64,000 nucleotides of DNA from Mobula hypostoma (GCF_963921235.1 NC_086108.1:55554001-55618000); one strand, 5' to 3'; positions 50,371 to 63,254 are shown, counted from the stretch's first letter. The notes: a model not told the origin generated them from the sequence alone. Translations and numbers: made by a program.

Positions 50371-51128
50371 ATGCAACTCAAAAGCAACAAACTGTTAGCA
50401 AAAATCCCACTACTTTTGTCAGTGATCCTCTCATCTCACAAAGGGTAATAGTTAAGCAGTAATTTGAACAAATGATTATTACTTTCAACTAGACTGTTCC
50501 AATTAGAAATTAAATATTTACATTCCCTTTTAGATGGAAACATCTGAGAGGTAATGAGATATGGAGGCATTATTGCAGTAAAATCATCATCGTATTAGTG
50601 ATGTCTATCTTACCGTAGCTGGTTGCAATTGGATTCCCTCCTGGGTTTTCATTACATGTGTGAACAGAAAGCAAAGCCATAAACTTTTTAAGAGGTGATC
50701 CTTTGCAATATCATTCTTAACTGATTTTTCAGACAAGTTAACGAAAATTTGGAAGTCATCGGTGGGTTAGATTGAGCCTCTCCCCCTCAGGCAGCAAAGC
50801 AACTTACAATAATTATCATTCTTTCCAGTACCTTCCATTGGATAGCTGAGTTAACTGACAATGCATATCTGGTACTGTATGAATCCTGTTTAGATCTTCA
50901 TCAGTCAACTCTGTAATAGTTGAGCACTACTCCAGGGAGATAGAGGAAACACAGCAAATGGAGCAATCTGTTGATTTTGAGTACTTAACCAAGAATTTGA
51001 GAAATGGTGGAGAAAATAATTTTAGATCAATAAGGACAGAAGGAAGTCCATACGAATGTCGCAGAATAAACCAAATGCCAGAGTTTATATAAATTGGAAC
51101 ATAGTTCATCTGATTCTGAAACAATGAA

Positions 51129-52558
51129 CAGTGCCTATAAAAAGTATCACCCCCCCCCCCCGGAAGTTTTCATGTTTTATTGTTTTACAACATTGAATCA
51201 CAGTGGATTTTATTTGGCTTTTTTGACACTGATCAACAGAAAAAGACTTGTGTCAAAGTGAAAACAGATCTCCATAAAGTTAGCTAAATTAATTACAAGT
51301 GTAAAACACAAAATAATTGATTGCGTAAGTATTCACCCCCTTCAAGTCAGTATTTAGTAGATGTACCTTTGGCAACAATTACAGCCTAGAGTCTGTGAAG
51401 ATAGATCTCTATCAGCTTTGCACATCTGGATGCTACAATTTTTACCCATTCTTCTTTACGGAACAGCTCAAGCTCTATCAGATTGTATAGAGATCATGAG
51501 TGAATAGTCCTTTTCAAGTCCAGCCACAAATTCTCAATTGGATTGAGGTCTGGACTCTGACTTGGCCACTCTAGGACATTAACTTCATTGCTCTTAAGCC
51601 ATTCCTGTGTAACTTTGGCTTTATGCTTGGGGTCATTGTCTTGCTGGAAGACAAATCTTCCCTCAAGGCGCAGTTCTCTTGCAGACTGTGTCAGGTTTTC
51701 CTCCGGGATTTCCCTGTATTTTGCTGCATTCATTTTACCCTCTACCTTCACAAGCCTTTCAGAGCCTGCTGCAGTAAAGCACCCCCTCAGGATAATGCAT
51801 CCACCACCATGCTTCATAATCGGGATAAAGCTCCCATAAAGCTGTGACTGGTGAAGCACCCAGGCAACAGTTGTTGCTTGTGCAGTCTCTCCCACCTCGG
51901 TCACCAAAGCTTGTAACTCCTCCGGAGTTGTCACAGGTCTCTTGGTGGCCTCACTCACTAGTCCCCTTCTTGCACGGTTACTCACTTTTTGAGGATGGCC
52001 TGCTCTACGCAGATTTACAGCTGTGCCATATTCTTTCCATTTCTTGATGATTGACTTAACTGTACTCCAAAGGATATTCAGTGACTTGGAAATTTTCTTG
52101 TATCCATCTCTTCACTTGTGCTTTTCAAGTACCTTGTTGCGAAATTGCTTGGAGTGTTCTCTTCTCTTCATGGTGTAGATTTTAACAGGATACAGACTCG
52201 CCAGCAGTTGGTTCTTCCAGATACCTGTGTATATTTACTGTAATCAATTGAAACACCTTGCCTGCACACAGATCTCCATTTAACTAATTATGTGACTTAT
52301 AAAACCAATTGCCTGTATCAGTGATGATTTGTGTGTCATATTAAAGGGGGTGACTACTTATCCAATCAATTATTGTATGTTTTATATTTGTAATTAATTT
52401 AGATCACTTTGTAGAGATCTGTTTTCAATTTGAGATGAAAGAGTCTTTTTCTGTTGATCAGTATCAAAAGAAGTCAAATTAAATCCACTGCGATTCAGTG
52501 TTGTTTAACGATAAAACAAGAAAACTTCCAAGAGGGTGAATATTTTTTATAGGCACTG
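51129..52558 (-). mobile_element. Tc1 (DD34E) transposon, IR/DR-type long TIRs, internally deleted
   Basis: Ends CAGTGCCTATAAAAA ... TTTTTATAGGCACTG|TA with ~215-bp inverted repeats and inner direct repeats. Transposase starts near 52171 (MKRREHSKQ). QQDNDPKH...SPDLNPIENLW has 34 residues between D and E. Confidence 0.95.
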
Positions 52559-53134
52559 TAGTTAAATTCTATGTATAATGAAAGGAATCCAAATATTAAA
52601 AATTTGTTCATGGGTAGGATCAATCTATCATAAAATGCACTGAAAACCACGTAGATGAATGCCCTAGATTATTTACTGTTATGATACCATCCATATTTAT
52701 GTAGAAACCCCAACAAATGCATCATGACTCTTGTTATAAATTTCTGATTGTTCGCAGATCTTTTCTGTTGCTTCAGCTGAAGGACTGAGTATAACAATAG
52801 CTAACCTGCATATTCAGCTCCTGACATGACAATTTCCACCAACCCAGAAATATTACTACTACTTAACCTGTCATGTCACATTTATAAACTCTTTCACCTC
52901 CTCCGCCCCGCGCCCCCCCCAAGATAAGGTGCTTTCCACTAGCAACACCCCAAAGTATAGCACATCGTTTACTCCCTCCCTTCTCCAAGTGCTTTACTTA
53001 AACTCTCATCATCAAGACAATTTCCCATTCTCTGCTCTCCATTCACTTCCTCATTTTCTTGTATCTCTCTTGTCCATCTCTCTTCCACTTTCTTCTCTGT
53101 TCCCCAATTATTGTGTCAGGATGCTTGACAATGG

Positions 53135-54955
53135 CATGCAACACATACAAAGTGCTGGAGGAACTCAGCAGCCCAGGCAGCAATGATGGAAATTAATAAA
53201 CAGTCAACATTTTGGGCTGAGAACCTTCCTCAGGACTGGAAAGGGGGGGAGAAGACACAAGAATAAAATGGTAGGGTGGGGAAGGAGGACAGTTACAAGG
53301 TGAGGGGTAAAGAAAGCCAGGTAGGAGGGAAAGATGAAGGGCTGGAGAGGAGGGAATCTGATAAGAGTGGACATGGGAGAAAGGGAAGAAGGAGGAGCAC
53401 TAGGGGTGTGATAGGCAGGTGAGAAGTGTTAAAAGGCCAGAGTGGAGAATAGCAGAAGAGGTAAGGGTGAGGTAAGAAAGTTTTTACTGGGAGGAGAAAT
53501 CGATGTTGATGCTATCATGTAAGAGGCTACCCAGACAGAATATGAGTTGATGCTCATCCATCCTGAGAGTGGCCTCATTGTGGCACAAGAGGAGGTCATA
53601 CACAAACATCTTAGAACAGGAATGGGAACAGGATTTAAAATGGTTGGCCACCAGGAAATTCCATTTTTGGTAGATGGAGCAGATGTGCTTGACAAAGCGG
53701 TCCCCCTGTCTATGACAGGTGTCACCAATGTAGAGGAGGCCACTTCGGGAGCACTGGATATAATAGACAACCCCAACAGAATCACAGGTGAAGTGTTCCC
53801 TCACCTGGAAGTACTGTTTGGGGGCTAAATAGAGCTGAGGGAGGGTGTGAATGTGCAGGTGTAGCACTTTGGCCACTTGCAGGGTTAAGTGCCAGGAGGG
53901 AGATTAGCAGGGAGGGATGAATAGAAAAGGGAATCATGGAGGGAGCAATTCCTGCAGGGAACAGAGAATGGAAGGGAGATAAAGATGTATTTGGTGGTAG
54001 GATCCCTTTGGAGATGGTGGAAGATGAGGGGAATGATGTATTGGATGCAGGCTCATGGAATAGTAGATTAGGACAAGAGGAACTCTATCCCTGCTAACGT
54101 GGTGGGAAATAGAGGAGATGTGGGTAAGGGCAGCATCAATGGTTGACAAAAGGAATCCCCATTCTTTGATGAAGTAAGATACCTCTGATGTCCTGGAAAG
54201 GAAAGCCTCATCCTGGGAGATGAATGAGCTGAGAAAAGGAATAGCATTTTTACAGGACACAGCATGGGAAGAGGTATAGGCAAGATAGCCGTGGGAATGG
54301 TGCCTTTATAAAGGATGTTGTTAAAAAGTTTGTCTCCAGAGATGGAGACAGAGAGATTGAGAAAAGGGAGAGAAGTATCAGAAATGGACCAAGTGAATTA
54401 AAGGGCAGGGTGGAAGTTGGAGGCAAAGTTGATGAAATTGACAAGCTCAGCATGGGTGCATGAAGCAGCACCAATGTTGTTGTTAATGTAGTAAGGAAGA
54501 GTTGGAGAGTATTACCAAGGAAGGCTTGGAAAATAGACTATTCTACATAGCTACCGAAGAGGCAGGCATAGCTGACTCCATGCGAGTGCTCATGGTTACC
54601 CCTTGAGTCTGAGAGGAGCCAAAGCAGAAATTATTTTGAGTGAGGACCAGTTCTGCCAGATGGAGGAGGTTGGTGGTGGAGGAGAACTGGGTGGTGCTCA
54701 TGTTAAGAAAGAAATGAAGGGCTTAAAGGCCTTCTTGATGGGGGTTGTAGAAGTGTGTAGGGACTGGACTTCCATGATGAAAATGAGAGTGTCACGGCCA
54801 GGAGGTGAGGAGATTGAAATCATGTGAAGTATTGCAGATGTAGGAAGAAAGGGGCTGAAGCTAGGGGAATAGAATGGAGTTGAGGTATGAGGACACAAGC
54901 TCAGTGGGACAGGAGCACATAGAGACAATGGGCCTACCCAGACAGTCAGGCTGAC
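53135..54955 (-). mobile_element. Degenerate Penelope-like element (RT C-half, GIY-YIG, terminal repeat)
   Basis: Peptides VGVVYYIQCSRSGLLYIGDT, SCKNAIPF, RDRVPLVLIY and LIFIMEVQSLHTS. Confidence 0.88.
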
Positions 54956-55019
54956 AATTACATGCCTTTTTCCCGTTCTCTTAATTGTTTACCCTCAATG
55001 AGGTAATAGTTGGGTTTTA

Positions 55020-55376
55020 GAATCAGTCATTGAAAGATACGACATGAAAAAGACCCATTGGCCTATTGAGTTCAGAGTCTATACTAATCATCAAATACTA
55101 TTTACCCTGATCCTACCCAAACCTATTTTTTTCTTCCCATGTTCCCACCATCTACTCTTCCCCACGTTCTACTAGTCACTTTCATGAGGTGGAATTAACA
55201 GTGACCAATTAACCTACCAAACTGCACATCTTAAGGATGTGGGACAAAACTGGAAAACCCAGGGGAAATACACCCAGAAACATGAAGATTGTGCAGACTC
55301 CATATTCCAAATTTCAGGATCACATCTCTGAATCAGTGGTGCTGTGAGGCAGTGCCTCTACCAGCCGTGCCACTGT
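55020..55376 (-). mobile_element. Degenerate HE1-like V-SINE
   Basis: CCAATTAACCTACCAA...GGATGTGGGACAAAACTGG...GCAGACTCCA...GCTGTGAGGCAGTGCCTCTACCAGCCGTGCCAC. Confidence 0.75.
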
Positions 55377-55399
55377 GAAGTAATATTAGTAATTTAGTT

Positions 55400-57290
55400 G
55401 TTAGTGATAGAAAAACAAATAAAATGAGCATTCATCTACCTCAGCTCCATGCTCCTGCATTATCCCCATTTGTCTTGATTTCATTAATGTACAGAAGTTT
55501 ATAAATATCTGTTTTTAATACACTCAGTGACATAGCCCTCATAGCTAATGGGGGCAGTGTTTTCAAAAGATTGTCTTCAGTAATTTCTCAGTATTTCTGT
55601 TCTAAATGGCCTACTGCTTAATCTGTGGATATGAATCATGGATCCAAACCCTTCATGCAGGAAAGTGGTTTACCTTCATCCATCCTATCGACTTAAGGGT
55701 TCACTTATTGTCAAAGCAGGTATCCATATACAACCCTGAAGGTTGTCTTCTCCAAATAGCCATGAAACAAAGAAAGAACACGAAAGTTGTTCAGAGAGTA
55801 ACAGCAAACCCACAACACCTCCCCACACAAAAAATAACAGCATCCCGATCATCAACCCCCCCAAACCCCCTCCCCCAACACAAAACAGAACAGGAACATC
55901 GACCCCCCCCAAAAATAACCCCTCCCCCGCATAAAAGAACTAACAGAACATCAACTCCCAAAATACTGCCCTCACACAACAACATGGAAAAGGAACAAGC
56001 AATAAAAATACAGAATATAAAAACCATAAGTCTGAAAAAGTCCACAGTCCATAAATGCAATAGTCCAATCCATAAACGCAGAACCATGATACAATTCTAT
56101 AATATCGCCGTCACTCATCGAAAGAGAGGGACACCACACGAGGCAAAGAGGCCTTCCCCGCCTGCCACAGTGAGCCGCCACTCACAGATTCCTTCTCTGT
56201 CAGCGATCAAAAGGAAGCTGGATGGTGCTGAACTGGCGATCGCCTTCTGCCTTCACCTCAATGTCCGAATCTTCCTCGATGCTTTAACTGGCAAAATGGA
56301 GTCGAACATCGGCTCGCGTCCCATATCGAAGTTTCTTCTCATCGAGTCTGTCCGAGTAGGCCCTTGCTTGCTGGAATGTTCTCAGGGACAGCAGAGCACT
56401 AGATTACTCAAACGATCTCCAAACTGTAAATTGCCGACTCTAACAGTCCCAGAAACTAATTTAAGGTGGAAAAACTGACATAACAGAAGTAAAAAAAAGA
56501 TATTTTTGTGAGCAATCTGGAAGATGTCCTGTAAGGAATTTGTGAACTTCAATAATATTGCCTCTCAGTTTTATAAACCCCGTAGAATGCAGGTATAGCT
56601 TTGGCAAACCTGCCATATAGAGAAACCAGTCAGGTGAATCTTCATTGAATTTCATTTTTGGCAAAAATACTTGCTTTGTATATAGACCAAACCTGACTAC
56701 AATACCCCAGGTGCAATTGAATTAAAATTTTATATAATTGCAGCTAGGCATCTTTACTCACCACCTCCAGTCCTCATGTAATAAAATCCAACAGATCATC
56801 AGCCTTCAGATCACATTAGTTTTCGGTGTTGTGTATAAGGACACTTGGGTCCCTCTTGAACATTAACATTTCCTAATCTGTTAACATAAAAAAAACTTTG
56901 CATTTCTGTTTGGTGTACCGAAGTCAATGACCTCACATTTTGCTACATTACATTTTATCTGCCATGCTATTATCCACTCACTTGGTCTGTCTGTATCTCC
57001 TTGAAGACTTAATGTCTTCATTGTAAGAGCATCTTGCTTCATTGGTATTTTTGGCAATTTTTATGTTTGATTCTGTTAAAAAGAGACACCAAGTTCTTAT
57101 TTAAGGGGCTGTTTCCTTATTGCCCCTTGCAAGTTCTTTTTGTAAAGGACACTTATTTTCCATCACACTTCTTGGTTGAGTATTCTGGCAAGCTCACTTC
57201 ATATTCTGTTTTCCTTCACTTTATCAATTTCTTGGTTCTCTTTTACTGCTTTTATTTTTACCAACATTATGAGATTCTATGAATTTATTA
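55400..57290 (-). mobile_element. Old CR1 fragment interrupted by the 55690-56545 element
   Basis: Reverse-complement CR1 3'/RT similarity at 55420-55690 and 56545-57000 (peptide KLRGNIIEVHKFLTG). Confidence 0.6.
55690..56545 (-). mobile_element. Non-coding non-autonomous retroposon with Rex-type tail
   Basis: Tail CTTATTGTCAAAGCAGGTATCCATATACAACCCTGAAGGTTGTCTTCTCC, internal C/A-rich degenerate repeats and a CpG-rich body. Confidence 0.6.
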
Positions 57291-57329
57291 CTATTGTAGA
57301 TTTCTCCAGACAATCATAAGCAGACATTT

Positions 57330-57735
57330 CCTGGTGGATCTTTTCCTGGAATGCATTCTTAGCTAGCCTCCCACTTTTCACCCTCCACAAACCTGTCTTT
57401 ATATTCAGACCTCTTTGTAACCTTGCTGTTCCCGGTCTCTCTTATCTCTACATCACTCGAAGAGCTCAGCATTCCACCAACTTTGGCCTTGTGCAACTCC
57501 CAATGCCTTCTGTATGGGAATGGTGACTGCTTCTCAGTTTTCTAGGCCATAAACTCCGTCCCTGTGTGTTTTTAGCTTCTCCCTTGAGGCAGCATAAAAT
57601 TTATTTCTGGGGCCCATTGTGGTATCTCCTTTTGGCTTGAAGGCAGTTTTTATCTGACTGTGCTTCTGTGAAATGCTTTGGGCAAGTAGAATACGTCACG
57701 CGTGCTCTGTAATGCTATGTATGCAATTTATTGTC
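57330..57735 (+). mobile_element. Ancient L2-type 3' end
   Basis: Ends CTTCTGTGAAATGCTTTGGG...TGCTATGTATGCAA, the L2/Deu-SINE tail motif. Confidence 0.45.
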
Positions 57736-58559
57736 AATATTTTACTAGTGGCAATATGAATTAGTCAGTATTTGCAGCAAGCAGTAGAGCAACAAGCAAT
57801 GAAAACTCAGGTGAAGTGTTATAAAATGCACCATAAATCTTCTTTTAATGCAGACACCTTGTCAGATAACCTCTCTTCCAATATGCAATATTTCTTTTAT
57901 AAGACTGATATAGGAAAAGTGAGTGATCAGAATACCATCTGACTTAAATTTTAATCAGACTGCTCCCTCTTTCCAAAGAAAGCATTGTATAGAATGTAAT
58001 AGAATGCAGATTATTTGAACAGTGCGAAAGCTAATTAGTATTTCAAGTTGGACAGCAGAACCTAATTATGTGGGTGTGTCCTAAATGCTGATCAGTGTAA
58101 TACAGGGATAGCAGAAAAGTTTTTGATGTATTTTACCATGATTGGATTTTATTTTATTTCAACCTCATTCTAAAGCTCCTCTTGGAAAATTAGACATTAT
58201 GAATACTCTCAAAGAAAATAAATGTTTTCAAAAGTAGTATCAGCTATTTCTAAAAATCTTTTGAATGAACATGCAGTTTTTTTTTACCAAATTAGAAATC
58301 TCATTTTTACTTAATGGTAAGAATTTGGAATCTAATTCCATCAGTCCCTGTTGAACAGGAACCTTTTTTAAAGCAATGGTGAACCAACAGATTGCAAAAT
58401 TCAATATCCAAGCAGATATGTACCAGATGCAAAAAAAAAATTCTTTATGTGTCCTTGCAAAGCTGGAAGAGGTAATTTGCCCATTAAGCCTATACTTGTT
58501 CTCAATACACAGTAATCAGACTAATTTTCCCTCATATTTTCTTGTAATTTCTATTTTTG

Positions 58560-58765
58560 AGTAAGCCCTTCACCTCTCACTAGTTCTCCTGCCACATTTG
58601 GTGGAAACTAGCCAATTTATGTTCCAGTACGACTTTAGAATGTCGGAGGAAATCAGAGCCTTTTGTGGACAGCTACATGTTCACACAGAGAAGATGTGTA
58701 AACTCCAAGGTCAGGATCAAGCAAGAGTTGTGAGACCTCGGAACTAACCGCTGTGCCACTGCTCT
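58560..58765 (-). mobile_element. Degenerate HE1-like V-SINE
   Basis: TTAGAATGTCGGAGGAAATCAGAGC...GTGTAAACTCCA..GTCAGGATCAA...CTAACCGCTGTGCCAC. Confidence 0.6.
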
Positions 58766-58923
58766 GTATGGTGCTTAATGATATCTAGCTGCACATTAAA
58801 AACTTCTTTAAAAAATAAACTGACAGCTTCCAATCACTACTTATAACATTTTGCAGAGGAAGATTTACATAAAGCAGAAAAGAATCAAACATGCAGCATC
58901 TCCCTCATCAGTGTGACAGAAAT

Positions 58924-60232
58924 CATTCATTCATTCAGGTGCCTTGCCGTTCGGCGTGGGCGATCATGTCTCTCCATCTATCACAGTCCCTGACCCTCCG
59001 AATTGTAGTTGTTGCCTCCCCGTTTCTAACCATCTACACTTGGTCTTTTAAGCTTTCTGAGTCTCAGGTACATCACGCTGATTATTGGTACGTGATCACT
59101 GTAGCAGTCTGCACCCCGATATGTTTTGCATGATTTCAGAGCATTTCTACACCTTCTCCTTATAAGCACATAATCAATCTGGTTTCTGGTGTTATCCCCG
59201 TGCTCTTCCATGTCCATAGTTTTCTCAGGTGTTGCTTAAAGATGGTATTACCAATTATATAATCTTTTTCTGTGACCCATGTAGCTAGTCGTTCACCTCT
59301 CTCATTTCTCTCACCTGTGCCGTAATACCCAATAGTGTCCTCGTCCCTGGTCTTGTCTACTTTTGTATTGAAGTCACCTTGAATAATGGTATTTTCTGAG
59401 CTTTTACATTGTCTTAATGCTGTTTCTAGTTTGTCATAAAATTGATTGATGCTTTCTTCACTGTTGTCTGCTGCTGGGGCATAAACTTGAACGATGTTCA
59501 TGTCCAAAGGTTTTGCATGTAGTTTCACAAGTAACATTCAATCTGATATTGTCCAATAGCCTTTTATTGATTTTGCATGTTCTTCATCTAACATAATTCC
59601 AACACCTTTTTCACGTATCTCTCCTCCTGAGTAAATGATGGTATATCCCTCTGAGCTTGTTTTACCAGCTCCTTTCCACCTCATCTCGCATGTTCCCAAG
59701 ATGCTGATTTTTATTCTTTCCATTTCCTGTTTGATGTTGTCTAGTTTACCTGGTTGGTTAAGGATTCTTACATTCCAGGTTGCTAGTCTGATCTTCTTTG
59801 CTTTTAATCTGGTGACAGTCGCTGGATAACGGTCAAGATTCACCTGTGGCGCATGAGATCCTCTACCAGATGAGGCTCCTTCGGTGAAGGCTCCATTCAC
59901 ATCTTTGAGCTGAGACCGTAGTTGATTTGAGTTCATGATTGTACAAGAGAGGAATACTGAAGTGGTTTCCCGTTGCCTTCTTCAGTTGCAGTGTCCATAC
60001 AGGATGGGTAACCCTGGCCATTGATCAGCAGATTCATCTGCCCAGCGTTTTTAGTTTTACAGTCATAAATTCCAATTGTAGAATCTGCTTGTAAAACCAT
60101 TCACCACCTGCAAACCATGGCTCACGTGACCCTGATTGGGAGGCTAAACAGGTACTACACCTTGCCCCAGGGTGACCTGTAGGCTATCGGATGAAAGGAG
60201 CACCTTACACCATTGCACAGCACCGACACCAA
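58924..60232 (-). mobile_element. RTE-clade LINE, internally deleted (5' leader + AP endonuclease + extreme C-terminus), with TSD
   Basis: Peptides LATWNVR...EMRW...GVGIML, VQVYAP...GDFN...NQIDY...SDH, then a jump to DRWRDMIAHAERQGT* and a (TGAA)n tail. TSD GTGACAGAAAT (58913-58923) / GTGGCAGAAAT (60233-60243). Confidence 0.9.
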
Positions 60233-60515
60233 GTGGCAGAAATAAGATGCTCTATTCTACAAAGGAAAAATATTGCTTTTTGTATCCCCTATGCCACTCT
60301 AACTCTATTATGCATCAGTGGTTGTCAGAAAATATAAGTAATGGTATAATGTTTGCCAAGACACGACTCATGATAATAAAATATGTAAATTTCGTAGTTC
60401 AGCACAAGTGTGCATTAAGTTTAAAAAAGAGAAATAATTATAGTTCATGAACATATTTTGATCATCTTAAAGAAATATATTCTTAAGGGTTTTTGTCAAG
60501 CTCCTTTATTATTTT

Positions 60516-61350
60516 CCCTCCCCACTGATCTCCCTCCTGGCACTTATCCGTGTAAGCGGAACAAGTGCTACACGTGCCCTTACACTTCCTCCCTTACCAA
60601 CATTCAGGGCCCCAAACAGTCCTTCCAGGTGAGGCAACACTTCACCTGTGAGTCGACTGGGGTGATATACTGCGTCCGGTGCTCCCGATGTGGCCTTTTA
60701 TATATTGGTGAGACCCGACGCAGACTGGGAGACCGCTTTGCTGAACATCTACGCTCTGTCCGCCAGAGAAAGCAGGATCTCCCAGTGGCCACACATTTTA
60801 ATTCCACATCCCATTTCCATTCTGACATGTCTATCCACGGCCTCCTCTACTGTAAAGATGAAGCCACACTCAGGTTGGAGGAACAACACCTTATATTCCG
60901 TCTGGGTAGCCTCCAACCTGATGGCATGAACATCGACTTCTCTAACTTCCGCTAGGCCCCACCTCCCCCTCGTACCCCATCTGTTACTCATTTTTATGAA
61001 CACATTCTTTCTCTCACTCTCCTTTTTCTCCCTCTGTCCCTCTGAATATACCTCTTGCCCATCCTCTGGGTCCCCCCCCCCCTTGTCTTTCTTCCCGGAC
61101 CTCCTGTCCCATGATCCTCTCGTATCCCTTTTGCCAATCACCTGTCCAGCTCTCGGCTCCATCTCTCCCTCTCCTGTCTTCTCCTATCATTTTGCATCTC
61201 CCCCTCCCCCTCCAGCTTTCAAATCCCTTACTCACTCTTCCTTCAGTTAGTCCTGACGAAGGGTCTCGGCCTGAAACGTCGACTGCACCTCTTCCTACAG
61301 ATGCTGCTTGGCCTGCTGCGTTCACCAGCAACTTTGATGTGTGTTGCTTG
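60516..61350 (+). mobile_element. Young 5'-truncated Penelope-like element: open GIY-YIG endonuclease frame + terminal repeat, 10-bp TSD
   Basis: Frame open to the stop at 60955: PCKRNKCYTC...GVIYCVRCSRCGLLYIGETRRRLGDRFAEH...VATHF...EEQHLIFRLGSLQPDGMN. TSD TTATTATTTT at 60506-60515 and 61351-61360. Confidence 0.93.
61249..61284 (+). ncRNA. Minimal type I hammerhead ribozyme motif
   Basis: AGUC-CUGACGA-AGGGUCUCGGCCU-GAAA-CG-UC-GACU. Stem I AGUC/GACU, core CUGACGA 61253-61259, GAAA 61273-61276, predicted cleavage after C61280. Confidence 0.75.
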
Positions 61351-61936
61351 TTATTATTTTATTCATAGGATAATCAAAAAATAGTTTTGATACTTAAAAG
61401 TAGTCTCAATAGACAATCACATTAATGCCGAATGTTGCAGCTTTTGCAAATCTCTACCCTGGCAATTGATGTGAATTGATGCTTTCCACTGTAGAACAAA
61501 CACTTGCTCCCCATGACATTTCTCCAACAAATGGCAATGTTCCAATCTTCCACATGACTGCGTATTATTTTACAATTTCTCCATTCTTATTCTTTCATGC
61601 TTTATTAGTATCGTGGTCGTTATCTATGTTTGTTAGACAGTCCACTAATATGACTGGCAAAGAATCAGTTTGTTGGTAAGTCTGCACTATAGTGGGCTGC
61701 TTCACTTTTTACAGAAGGTTGCTCACCTCATTCTGTCAACTCAGGATGAAACCTTATACATATATGAATGCAACAGTGATGTGTTGAGGTTGAAGTGTTC
61801 ACTATTAGTCAGAGGAAGGAGCTAAAGAGGTCATTATAATAAGTGGAACATCTGAAAATTCTCCTAGGACACATCCAAGTAGAATGTTCAGACTTTTTTT
61901 TTCATAATATCCTTCCAGTCAGTACACCAGATGGGG

Positions 61937-62310
61937 TTGTGTGAAAATGGGGGACACCTCCCTTTCCCTAATCAGGGAGAGAGAGGACCTGTGGTTTGTC
62001 GAATGCTGGATGAAATGTGATAGTTTTTGGGGTAACTGCAAGGTCTGTGTCTTTGCTATTGCCTAGTCCATGCTTGTGCTCAGTAGCGGGTGCGCTTTTT
62101 TTTGCCAGAGGGAGGAGGGTTCGTTGCCTTGCTGCCGCTTACACGCGGGAGGGGGTAGCTGGGGGGGGTACTTTGGGGTTCTCACGTTCAACTGTTATTC
62201 ATTCTTTGGGGCACTTCGCTGTTTTTGTGGATATTTTGTGAAGAGAAAATTTCATTTCAGGATGTATATTGTATACAGTTCTCTGACCTTAAATTGGACC
62301 TTTGAACCTC
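61937..62310 (+). mobile_element. Non-autonomous retroposon (same family as the 21933-22078 insert)
   Basis: Shared 3' ~145 bp with 21933-22078. Tail GGACCTTTGAACC. Confidence 0.7.
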
Positions 62311-63254
62311 TGTTTTGGCTGTACTGAAGCATTCTGTATCATTGTGTAGCACAGGTCCCCAAAGAACTACCACATGATGATTGCATCGTATCTTGTGACA
62401 AGTTCTCATGATAGAGGTTTAGGAGGCCACTTTGCACTGATGACTGTGAGGTTGATAGCTGTCCAAGTTCATGGAAGTATCTTGTTGACAGAGTTATAGA
62501 AAGACTGGAATGGAAAAAAAGCCTGTATAAACAAAGGAAAATAAAATAAGTGAGCTTGGATTTGTGGATCACTGACTCAATATTTATAGCATGTGAGCAT
62601 GCTGTATATTCTTACTAGCTTCCAAATATTTATCGTGTCTGTCTGTTCAAGCCATATCCCGGTATACTGTTTGATTACATTGTGGTTATACTAGATGAAA
62701 GCAATTACTGGATGAAATAATGGAACATCATTCTGAATGCAGCCTTTCCTGCTTTCCCAAAGCTTTAAGTACAAGAACTTCCAGTCAGTACAGCAGATGG
62801 GGTTGTGTGATAATCTCTACTTGGCTGTCGCCTGCCAAAGTGTAAGGGTATGCCTCAGCAGATTCTACAGTTACTGCAGCTGTCTGCATGAATCCTGGTT
62901 GCATTGCAATGCTGACGTCAAAATGAGTATTCAAATGAATCTGGTGAATCCAATAAACCCCACAGGAATTGAATGAATAGCAAGAGCATAAAAGCATTTA
63001 GATGAATAATAAATGCTGACAATTTTCTACAGTTTCCAGCATAGTAAAAGATCAGCAAATATCTGATTCAGAATCTAGCTTGGTTAATGACATTGTACTA
63101 AGTTAGGTAGTGTTAATAATGTCTTTATATATTAAAAAAACACTTTAATGTAGTGTCTGAGGACATTGTTCTGCCAATATATATTTTTCAAATTACAGCA
63201 ATAGCGACAATTTGAAGGAATGAGACCTTATGCTTGTAAAAGTAATGCTTGTAG

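Noticed and set aside
55606..56478. Longest ORF in the window (290 aa, + strand)
   Set aside because: Low-complexity P/T/K-rich translation of the antisense strand of a non-coding retroposon, crossing a repeat boundary. No recognisable domain.
59956..59986. CUGAAGA...GAAA on the minus strand resembling a hammerhead core
   Set aside because: No plausible stem II or III. Better explained as the simple hairpin motif of RTE leaders.
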